Virus record (IMG/VR): IMGVR_UViG_3300034082_003579
Origin: a virus
Lineage: Duplodnaviria; Heunggongvirae; Uroviricota; Caudoviricetes
Length of the DNA: 64,000 nt
Direction: 5' to 3' (one strand)
A program made the position numbers and the translations under genes. The notes under the pieces were generated by a model, which did not search any database, was not told the origin of the DNA, and was given only the letters and a program-made list of their open reading frames with translations. Below are positions 27,426-35,900 of the stretch, piece by piece. Each line of letters begins with the position of its first letter. The stretch's first letter is position 1.

Positions 27426-27516
27426 CCCCCAGTTTATATCCGACGGTAGCGAATCATTAGATAACGGTTGGGGGCACCGGACGCCTTAGGCACAGTGAAC
27501 TGTGACGGTCCTAAGG
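27426..27516. ncRNA. candidate structured RNA/DNA element (two stem-loops)
   Basis: CCCCCAG...TTGGGGG stem; CCTTAGG/CCTAAGG stem enclosing CACAG-TGAA-CTGTG; GC-rich and non-coding. Confidence 0.4.
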
Positions 27517-27521
27517 GTATG

Positions 27522-27713
27522 CTATTTTCCTGCGGCCTGTAATGCTGCGCCTTTGTTGAAACTGGGACTGCGACTATTGGGCACTGTTCCCTTGCGTTTA
27601 CTCCAAGCATAACCTGCACGATGCCCAGAACAATCTTTAGTGCATTGGCTTCCTAAGAAATCAAGCTCGTTAACTTTTTTCCTATGTTTTCTAACAAATT
27701 CTGTTGCTCTCAT
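27522..27713 (-). CDS. small probable head-internal protein
   Basis: MRATEFV N-terminus, VNE site, CTKDCSGH motif. Confidence 0.7.
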   Translation of the reverse strand: MRATEFVRKHRKKVNELDFLGSQCTKDCSGHRAGYAWSKRKGTVPNSRSPSFNKGAALQAAGK

Positions 27714-27937
27714 CTTGCGCCTTTAAACCATAGCTGAAACCAAGCTTCGGTTCCCGGCTTGATATTTTGTTGGCGTTGTATTGCACCGCGGTTGGTGCTG
27801 TCAATGTTGGGCAGACTCATACGTTCAGCTTCACGTGCTGCTAAATTGTTGTATATGGGATCATCTGGAGGCATTATACAATCAGGAGCCGGAGAATGAT
27901 TTAAATCAACAGTTGAAAAATTTATGCGGTCAATCAT
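27710..27937 (-). CDS. small hypothetical protein
   Basis: 75 aa, ATGA coupling, NIKPGTEAWFQLWF end. Confidence 0.7.
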   Translation of the reverse strand: MIDRINFSTVDLNHSPAPDCIMPPDDPIYNNLAAREAERMSLPNIDSTNRGAIQRQQNIKPGTEAWFQLWFKGAR

Positions 27938-27938
27938 G

Positions 27939-28346
27939 TTAATCCTTTATAGGTCCACCTTCAACCCAAGCGTCGCAAGTGCGCTTGGCCGCACACTTAA
28001 ATTTTAAAAACTTGCAATAGCCCAGTGTACCAGCATCAATGGTACTGGCAGGATCTGATCCAGGTTCGCTGCCAATGCCTTTGGCAATGCACGACAGCAT
28101 GTCGTCGGTTTCGTCAAATGCAGCACAGTTACCGCACAAGGCTGACTTGGCATCGTCGGGGTTGTCCATGTTCCATTCTTCGGCCTTTGCAGCCCAAAAT
28201 TCTTCATTAGGTGCATTGGGATCTAAGGGACCGTAGCCATATTCATCTATGGCCTTTTGACGATTCTCAAGATTCAGCTTGATGCTTTGTGTGGCTGGAG
28301 GACATCCTTTCTCAATTGCTTCGAACAAATTTAATAGGTCTCTCAT
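27939..28346 (-). CDS. Cys-rich probable head-internal protein
   Basis: MRDLLNLFE N-terminus; CGNC...YC...C...TCDAW. Confidence 0.75.
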   Translation of the reverse strand: MRDLLNLFEAIEKGCPPATQSIKLNLENRQKAIDEYGYGPLDPNAPNEEFWAAKAEEWNMDNPDDAKSALCGNCAAFDETDDMLSCIAKGIGSEPGSDPASTIDAGTLGYCKFLKFKCAAKRTCDAWVEGGPIKD

Positions 28347-28348
28347 AA

Positions 28349-28420
28349 TTACACCGGTGAGTAAGGGTTACGCTTCCAGTCGCTATCTTGAGGATGTTCA
28401 GGATACACTGGATAGTCCAT
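28349..28420 (-). CDS. 23-aa micro-ORF MDYPVYPEHPQDSDWKRNPYSPV
   Basis: Not in ORF track. TAATG-coupled to the upstream stop; ends 2 nt before the next ATG. Confidence 0.55.
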   Translation of the reverse strand: MDYPVYPEHPQDSDWKRNPYSPV

Positions 28421-28647
28421 TATCTACAGACCCTGACATTGCGATTCACACGATATTGTGGATCCCAACGCTGCACCCAATAACAACGAGGTGGAGGTGG
28501 CGGAGGTGGTCGATAATACACAGGAGGAGGAATGTACACTGGGCGAGGTTGTACATAAACTGGCTGTGGTTGTATATAATAGGGATCTGTTACTACACAA
28601 CCTGTTAGGGCTGTGGCTGCTGCCAAAATGAGTATGATTCGTTTCAT
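28420..28647 (-). CDS. Pro-rich lipoprotein
   Basis: Signal peptide with lipobox LTG-C, QPxPVY repeats, poly-Pro; AAGGA SD. Confidence 0.75.
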   Translation of the reverse strand: MKRIILILAAATALTGCVVTDPYYIQPQPVYVQPRPVYIPPPVYYRPPPPPPPRCYWVQRWDPQYRVNRNVRVCR

Positions 28648-28668
28648 CAGTTTATCCTTAGATTTCCC

Positions 28669-28697
28669 AGTGTAGCATCAATTTAGGTTGTGGTCAA
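28669..28697 (-). promoter_or_regulatory. sigma70-type promoter for the lipoprotein
   Basis: TTGACC-17-TACACT. Confidence 0.6.
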
Positions 28698-28703
28698 GTT
28701 GCA

Positions 28704-30317
28704 TTATGCCTCATTTACATAGTCAGCATTTTTAGTTTTTGCACGACGGTGTGCGCAATACATTTCGCAGGCCATTACAGCTTCATCTAAGTTCTTAAAT
28801 TTACTAGCTGCGGGTTTATTCTTGATTGAGATACGGAATCCATCATCTTCGTTTCCGTGAATTGAGATTTCGTGCCCGTCGTCTGTGGTCACAGTTTTAA
28901 CTGGTGGACCCATTTGATCACCAGCAGGTTTGGCTGCTAACTTGTTAATAAGGTCGGGATCTTTACGAATCTCCTGGCCGATATCGCTCAAGTAATCGCC
29001 TAACCGGGCTTTTAGTTTAGTAATGATATCTTCTTTGGTTATAGATTCAACAGCAACCACAGGTTTACCTTGCGGTTTTGATCCACGGCCGGTACGACTT
29101 GCTCTTGCACCATCACCGCCACCACCGATGTGTTTGCTACCAAGACTTAGGCCTGGATTGCGTGGGCCGCGATTGGGTTTGACCTGTGTAATTTTTCCGC
29201 CACGTGCTAGGAAATCCGCTACGTCATCTTCTTTGACTGGTTTCTGGCCACGTGCAGCAATACGCTTGCCCAAGGCTGCTAACTGTTCTTTTGACCACTT
29301 CTCGCCTTTATGGCGTTCGGCCATCTTGGCCAGTGCAGCTTGTACAGCAGCGGTATCCATTTCATTACGCTCGGCTTCTGCTACACTTTCGTTAGGCACA
29401 CAGTTATTAACACGAACTCCGCCTTTGACTTTGGTTTTTGGAGTACCGATGTGTTTGCCTTTCCAGCACTTGGGATCTAGACGTTGTTTAACTGCTTCGG
29501 CTTCGTCCACTGATCGGGGTTTCTTACCTGCTTTCTTCATGGCAATAGCAATGGCGGCCTGCTGTGCTGAACTACTGGCTTCTGCAACACCTTGCTCTCT
29601 GATTTTTAATTTGCTGGTCAGTTCTGAAGAACTGCCACCAAACATACTACCAAAAGCATCACGGGATTGTTGTTTAGTATCCGCTTTTTGTTGTTTTGCT
29701 ACTGCTTTTTTACCAGTGATGCCTTTGAGCATCTTGTCAAATTTGGGGTCACCAGTTGCTTCCGCCACACCTTGCTCGGCAATACCATCATCTCTAGTAG
29801 CACCTTCTCCATCAGCGTCAAATGCTACCATTTCTATTTGGGGCCATACACGTGCCGGTGCGTACATAACGCCTGACGTTTCATCATGATCAATTACATC
29901 ACCAAACCGCTTCATTACAGCCGTGTACGCTGCTTCTGTGTTGACAGAAAAACCAACTGTGTCAGTATCGTCGACTCCGGCACGGCCTTCGTCATAATGA
30001 CGTGGTTGTGATTCGGCTTCGGCATATCCATCGTCCCATTGCTGGGCTTCTTTACTACCTGCTGGATAAGGATTTGATTCATTATGGCGAAAACCAGCAC
30101 GCCATCCTTTTTCCCAAGGATCGTTGCGGTCGGGCCCTATACTTTTCTTACCTGGCTCTGCACTTTCGTCAGCACCAACCATGTAACCTGCAAACGGATG
30201 CTTGGGATCAGTCTTGGCACCCAGCACGCTGATGTGCCGGGCCTTGGCCTGCGCTGGCAATTGAGGCACTGAACGTTGCTGTGCGTTTAAGCCTTCAACT
30301 AAGTTCTTTATTCTCAT
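28704..30317 (-). CDS. modular head-internal polyprotein
   Basis: Start ATG 30317 (MRIKNLVE); at least 10 (L/I/V)xE sites including two EQGVAEA linkers. Confidence 0.7.
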   Translation of the reverse strand: MRIKNLVEGLNAQQRSVPQLPAQAKARHISVLGAKTDPKHPFAGYMVGADESAEPGKKSIGPDRNDPWEKGWRAGFRHNESNPYPAGSKEAQQWDDGYAEAESQPRHYDEGRAGVDDTDTVGFSVNTEAAYTAVMKRFGDVIDHDETSGVMYAPARVWPQIEMVAFDADGEGATRDDGIAEQGVAEATGDPKFDKMLKGITGKKAVAKQQKADTKQQSRDAFGSMFGGSSSELTSKLKIREQGVAEASSSAQQAAIAIAMKKAGKKPRSVDEAEAVKQRLDPKCWKGKHIGTPKTKVKGGVRVNNCVPNESVAEAERNEMDTAAVQAALAKMAERHKGEKWSKEQLAALGKRIAARGQKPVKEDDVADFLARGGKITQVKPNRGPRNPGLSLGSKHIGGGGDGARASRTGRGSKPQGKPVVAVESITKEDIITKLKARLGDYLSDIGQEIRKDPDLINKLAAKPAGDQMGPPVKTVTTDDGHEISIHGNEDDGFRISIKNKPAASKFKNLDEAVMACEMYCAHRRAKTKNADYVNEA

Positions 30318-30757
30318 GCTCTGTTGTCCTTTAAGAAGGCTTTTAACATCCATTGATGTTTGCCATGTGCATCCAAGCGTTCGGCAACAAAGTTGGCAAT
30401 GCCCTGTTGATTTTCTTGTTCAGCAGAACCGAAACATTGATTCAGCAAATCCAACATGGTTTGATTGTCAGCCAATAACTCTTCGATCATGAGTCGAGCA
30501 CGTGGCACTTTGATCTGTCCCGGAATCAAGCTCAGGTTACCAAAGCGTTCAAAACTACCCGGAGCGTATTCGTCTAAGGTACGGATGTATTCGGCTGTGC
30601 GATCAATGGCGTTATCGTTGATTTCTGCGTAGAAGTCGCCAAAGAACTCGTGCAGTTGTGCAAAGTCTGGGCCCTCTACGTTCCAATGAAAGAACTGTGC
30701 TTTCACTGCCATGGCATATTCTGTTGCCAATAAAGTTTTTAAATCATCTGCGAGCAT
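30314..30757 (-). CDS. dps: Dps/ferritin-like protein
   Basis: FHWNVEGPDFAQLHEFF, DRTAEYIR, HGKHQWML. Confidence 0.9.
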   Translation of the reverse strand: MLADDLKTLLATEYAMAVKAQFFHWNVEGPDFAQLHEFFGDFYAEINDNAIDRTAEYIRTLDEYAPGSFERFGNLSLIPGQIKVPRARLMIEELLADNQTMLDLLNQCFGSAEQENQQGIANFVAERLDAHGKHQWMLKAFLKDNRA

Positions 30758-30914
30758 TTTGTTTGTTCCGTATTAAACTGTTTTTATATTTACCAGGTTT
30801 GCGGGTTTGTGTGCGAGTAATTACTGCCCCCATTGGCTGTGCTATTGCAGCAACACTGCCGCTGCTAGTAGCACCAGCAGATGCGTTTTCTTTTATAAAT
30901 TCACGTGCTCGCAT
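30744..30914 (-). CDS. 56-aa probable head-internal protein
   Basis: Not in ORF track. MRAREFIKE-NASAGATSSG...; fills the gap between neighbours. Confidence 0.7.
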   Translation of the reverse strand: MRAREFIKENASAGATSSGSVAAIAQPMGAVITRTQTRKPGKYKNSLIRNKQNARR

Positions 30915-31197
30915 GTGTTATCTCCAGCGTTTCGTCGTCAATCCAACTACCCGGCCCAGTTTCAATTTTGCGATTTCTCACTTTGAATTTGGTCTTGACA
31001 GGCCCAGCAGATTTGACTCGTATTTTATATTGCCCTGGTGGCGCTTGAATCTGCAGCATTTCTACCAGAAACACGTCGTGCCAAATATAGGTACGCTCTG
31101 TAAATAATTCGTCGTTGACAAATACTCGATAGATCGGAGGAGTTCCTTCCCAGTCGCAGAATATATCAAATGTTACCTTTACAAATTCGGTGTGCAT
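30901..31197 (-). CDS. hypothetical protein (late)
   Basis: 98 aa; CTAAATA 4 nt upstream of ATG. Confidence 0.75.
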   Translation of the reverse strand: MHTEFVKVTFDIFCDWEGTPPIYRVFVNDELFTERTYIWHDVFLVEMLQIQAPPGQYKIRVKSAGPVKTKFKVRNRKIETGPGSWIDDETLEITHAST

Positions 31198-31272
31198 TTG
31201 ATATTTAGCAAAAATGTATCTATATATTTGTACCTGATCACACTTATATAAGTATTCAGCAAAGGATACATT

Positions 31273-32148
31273 ATGGCTGAACGCATACTTATAGATCGAC
31301 TAGAATTTTATATTACAAATGTCTGTAACTTGACTTGCAGCGGGTGCAATCGTTACAATAATTATAAATTTTCTGGTCATTGGCGCTGGGCAGATGCTGA
31401 ACCTATACTGACACAGTGGGCAGAAAAGATTGAAATAAGACATCCGGTAATACTGGGAGGTGAACCCTTGTTGAATCCTGACATTGTAGATTGGATTACT
31501 GGCCTTAGACGCTTGTGGCCCCGTCTCAGTGGAGTACAGGTTCAAAGCAACGGTACTAGATTGGATCTAGTACCTGGGCTGTACGATGCAATAAATCATG
31601 ACAACTGGATTGGGATTAGTCTACACTCTGTAGAACACAAAGAAACGTTGTTTACTCGTATACGCAATTTTTTAAAACATCCAATAGCAGAAACAGAAAA
31701 TCCCAACCATCCTGTCGGTAGCCGATATCAATTTATTGATGCCGATCAAAAATATATTCATGTTTGGGTCAACAATATTTTTTCTCAAAGCAACATTATT
31801 GAACAGGCCAACGGACGTTTTGGATTGTACAATAGCAATCCAGAAATAGCACATGAAGTCTGTGCTTATCGCAAATTTAAAAACTATCACATGATTCGGG
31901 GGCGTATATACAAGTGTGGACCTGTAGCACTGATGCCAGAATTCGACGACCAGTATCAGTTCGATTTATCAGATGAAGATCGCGTAATCATGAGAGGCTA
32001 TCAAGGTTTAGGAGTAGACGAGTTTGATCAGCGTGGTCAAGAGTTTATGGACAACATTGATTCTGTGGTCCCACAATGTAAATTTTGTCCCGAAAGTTAT
32101 GATTACAAACCCATTGTTTTTACCAATCTAAAACCTAACAAGATTTAG
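31273..32148 (+). CDS. radical SAM protein
   Basis: CNLTCSGC, LGGEPLL, QSNG, YKCG...CKFC; AAGGA SD. Confidence 0.85.
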   Translation: MAERILIDRLEFYITNVCNLTCSGCNRYNNYKFSGHWRWADAEPILTQWAEKIEIRHPVILGGEPLLNPDIVDWITGLRRLWPRLSGVQVQSNGTRLDLVPGLYDAINHDNWIGISLHSVEHKETLFTRIRNFLKHPIAETENPNHPVGSRYQFIDADQKYIHVWVNNIFSQSNIIEQANGRFGLYNSNPEIAHEVCAYRKFKNYHMIRGRIYKCGPVALMPEFDDQYQFDLSDEDRVIMRGYQGLGVDEFDQRGQEFMDNIDSVVPQCKFCPESYDYKPIVFTNLKPNKI

Positions 32149-32174
32149 GTATTTGTTGATAGCCTAACAATTGT

Positions 32175-32384
32175 TTATCGTAGTTTGATTTCTCGAGGTT
32201 GCCCCATCAGTATGCCGGGTACATTGTATTGTACTTGCACTATCTTGCGAGCCATTTGTGGATTTAAAGCCATTACAGTGGTAAAGGTATTGGTCATGCC
32301 GCCGCCGAGGATTGGAATCTTAATACGTATCTCATAAGTCTTGAGCTTGGATTTCTTGGGTTGGGCAATTTCTATTAGTCGCAT
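32175..32384 (-). CDS. small basic probable head-internal protein
   Basis: MRLIE N-terminus; GTAAATA 5 nt upstream. Confidence 0.7.
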   Translation of the reverse strand: MRLIEIAQPKKSKLKTYEIRIKIPILGGGMTNTFTTVMALNPQMARKIVQVQYNVPGILMGQPREIKLR

Positions 32385-32388
32385 GGTG

Positions 32389-32946
32389 TTATTTACCAGA
32401 CTTCATGTTGGCACACCAATGGTACATCTTTGCACGTTCTCCGGATGCTGCTTTGGCTCGTTTGCGTAGACTAGTAACTGATCCGTTGCAGCTGGCACCG
32501 GCACGTTTGACACGCCCAGGACGGCTTTTACCTTTAACTTTGCCATCTGCAAAGTTTTCATTCAACGAAGTGTTTAAGAACTGTTCGCCTGCGCCTGTGA
32601 CATACCAATAACCATCATCATCTACAATGTAGCCATTGCTGCTTAAACTGTCTAACACGTTATCGTAAGCAGTAGTTCGCGATTCATCTTCTTGAAAATC
32701 CATTCCTAATTGTGCTGCTGTATAAATGGCATGCAGCACTAGAATTTTACCTAGTCCTTGACTACGAAATTCTGGGTCAATCTCTGCAATGCTACGGCCG
32801 GTGGCAGCATTGTATTGATACACTCCAACTGGTTCCCCATTCACTGTCATTTCTGTAGCAAAATTATTGCGACTTTTTTTAACTCGAAAGGCAATCTTTT
32901 TATTGCCATCTGCAAAGTTTTCGATTATGAATTCGCTAGCTCTCAT
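32389..32946 (-). CDS. head-internal protein with GNAT-like domain
   Basis: MRASEFIIE; IDPEFRSQGLGKIL acetyl-CoA motif A; basic C-terminal module with two Cys. Confidence 0.7.
   Translation of the reverse strand: MRASEFIIENFADGNKKIAFRVKKSRNNFATEMTVNGEPVGVYQYNAATGRSIAEIDPEFRSQGLGKILVLHAIYTAAQLGMDFQEDESRTTAYDNVLDSLSSNGYIVDDDGYWYVTGAGEQFLNTSLNENFADGKVKGKSRPGRVKRAGASCNGSVTSLRKRAKAASGERAKMYHWCANMKSGK
32540..32922. repeat. 20-nt perfect direct repeat pair (32540-32559, 32903-32922)
   Basis: ttgccatctgcaaagttttc twice, encoding ENFADG and flanking the GNAT domain. Confidence 0.9.
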
Positions 32947-32949
32947 GTG

Positions 32950-35900
32950 TTATCTCATTACCGGATATACTTCCAGGTTCCCATCAAATCCGGTACGTTG
33001 GGCCCACTCACGTGCTACTCGGTTGGCATCACTTTGACTGTTACCAACACCGCTGAATCTATAAACTTCTCGGTTCAGTCCATCCACTACTTTCCATTCA
33101 CCGGAGAACTCACCACCAGTCTGTTGTGCTGCCGGAAAATTCTGAGGTTCTGTCTGGATCGGTGGAAAGTTCTGTGCTATGTCAAGTGGCACTTCAGGGA
33201 TAGAATTGGACCGTGGCTCAGTAAATGCTGGACGAGGTTCGCCTATTGTGGCCCTAATAGGTGCAGCATTTAGTATCTCGGGTGGTACACCCGATATATG
33301 ATCCAACCACACAGTACGACGCTCTATACCCTGAGCAGTGGTCCATTCACGTGCTGCTTCTATCGCTGCCCTGTTGTTTGGAGCCGAAAATCTGTGCAAC
33401 ACTGCTCCTCTGCCTTCGGCGCCTTCTCTTTGTCGCAACACATAGTTGCCACGAGGATCATCTGCCACTGGAGCATTGAGTTGATCTGTCTGTGGAGTCT
33501 GTGTAGGAGGTGCAGTAGGTGCTGTGGCTAAAATCTCTGCTGGTACATTTTCGACGTGAGCCAGATGCACGGATGATTTCTCAATCCCACGTGCCTCTAT
33601 CCATTGTTTTGCTTGTTCTATGGCAGCACTGGTACCAGTGGCACTAAATCTATGTAGTACAGAACCTTGGGGTTTTCCTTCAGAATCTTTACTACGTATC
33701 ACATAATTGCCGTCGGGATCGTAATCTGTTGAAACTTTTCCGCTGGCTTTTTGTCGTGCCACGTCACGACTGTACTGTATCTTTTTAATAAAGCCTTTGA
33801 GTTCTGACTTGGGCAACTCACCTGCTACAAAACGACTGAATACGGCAATGGCATCATTGTCAAGGCCGGGCACAACTTCTGTACGTTTTGTACCGGTCCG
33901 AGGATCCGTAATCTCTTGTGTTTTGACATCAGTCAGCATCTTGTACAGCTTCTTGGCATATTCTGGCTTGTCAGCTGCAGGATTCATAGCAATGTCCATG
34001 GCACGAGCATAACGCATCAAGGTATTTTGGATTTTATCCATGTCTTCGAAATAGTTGCTGCCGCCAGCTGATCGGAATTCGATGTATTTGCTCTTGGGAT
34101 TGATACTGGTGTATTTGCCAAAGCCTGAAGGACTGGCTAAAGCACGTGAAGCAAACTGATCTAAATGCTTGCGCATGGCAGACATAACAGTCTCGGCATC
34201 AACCTTGCCTTTCTTGTCACGAATCTTGCTGATGGCACTCTTGGCGTAAGTGTTGGCTTCACGTCCAAACTGCTTCAACACATACTCGTCGCCCAAGAAC
34301 AAGGCCAGTTTTGTGTAATCCAGCATGTTTCCTTCGTGCTCGGGCATGCTGACACTCATGTGGAAACCAGTAGAGCTATTGGCATAAGCACCATTTTCTT
34401 CAGCCCACTCAAAAAACTTGGGCAGGATTTCCAGAGTTTTTGCTAGTGGCATAGGTGGACTCACAATCTCCACTGGCATGTTGGCATCATCGTCGGCATC
34501 TAAGCTGCCGTCGGGTTCAAAAATCCAAGTACTTGTGTCACGAGTAGCACCGTGATAACCTGTGCTGACAGTGGTTGTAACATCTAACTTATCTGCCAAG
34601 TCATCAGCTAACCGTTGTGCTGCGTCTTCGTTGAATCCACCTTCGGAGCTGCCACCCGTCATGGTCATGTGTGGCCATGTGACGTCAAAGTTGTAGGCTA
34701 TATCACTCATGCTGCGCCAACCTCGATCACGCAACCAGTCGCTTTCGGACCGGTCCCAGTTTTCTCTAAATTCGTCCAAGGCACTTTCAAAGTCGCTGTT
34801 CTGTTCTGCTATGGCCATCTCTACACGTTCATCCAGCTGTCGTTCGACTTCTTGTTCGGCACCCACATATTCTTCTACCAAGTCAGCATCAGCGGCAGTA
34901 CCAGTGCCTTTAACCCGTCGTTCCATGGCTGCCAGTATCTCTTTCACACGGTCTTCTCTGTATTCATCATCTAACGCACGTTCAATAAGGTCTTCTTCGT
35001 CCCAGTCATTGTCTTGAATCCATTCACGTACAGCAACAGGTGCATCAAACTCATCATACAGGGTCTGGTCATACCATTCCATATAGTCTTGCTCTAATGC
35101 CGCTTTTGTTTGGCGTGTCATGCCCTCAGCAAAATCGCCTGAGTCAAAAAAGTCTTCAATGTTCTCAAGGCTGTAGGCACGGGGATCATAGCTGTAGTCA
35201 GCTTCCCATTCGCCTTCTTCTTCGTCGCCGCCGATGCCAGTAAACACTAACTCAGCTTCAAAGCCGGCTTTCATGCCTGCAGCGGCTTCACTGTTGGCAA
35301 AGGACCGCAGGGCACTGGGACTCATGGCCACTTCTTCCAGCTCTTGTTCTTGTTCACTGACCAAAGGAAATCCTAAACCTTCTTTGACTAATTGTAACTT
35401 GCGTGTGAGTTCTTCAACAAGGCCATTGGTCCGGGCAGTAGGTGGTGTACCGGCAGCAGTAGTCTTCCAACCCAGCTTGGCAGCTTGACGTTTGGGTTCA
35501 CCAGGTTTGATATCAACTGTGACAGCCATGCTGTAGCGTGGATCGCGAGCTTCTTTATCGTTGACAGGAATATAACCCGAAGCTTCTGCTACAACCTGTT
35601 GGCCATAATGTTCTCCGCGTATGGCTCGGTCAACATAATCATCACTGACCGGTTGTTCTAAATCTACCTGAACTCCCAATTGTTTTGCCAATTTTAATAT
35701 TTGAGATCGTGTTGAACGATCTTTGTATATTGCAGCCAAACTGCACTGACCTTCGCTGTATTCACTTTGATCTTGCAACAATGGTATTACACCTGGAATC
35801 TGTTGTAGTCCAAGATGCATTTGTTTTTGTAACTCAGGATCTGTAGCGTCAGGAAATTCAGGGTTGGCACATACAAATTCTATTTCTTTGTAGTCACTTT

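Noticed and set aside
27500-27520. CGGUCCUAAG resemblance to twister ribozyme L4, and GCGAAU to HDV J4/2
   Set aside because: I could not build the required pseudoknots or flanking conserved nucleotides; kept only as an unassigned structured element.
28675-28700. Hairpin switch at the lipoprotein and clamp promoters
   Set aside because: Pairing is too imperfect, or does not cover the SD, to count with the other switches.
29023-29889. 288-aa plus-strand ORF and other antisense ORFs in the track
   Set aside because: Shadow frames of minus-strand genes with no SD or motifs.
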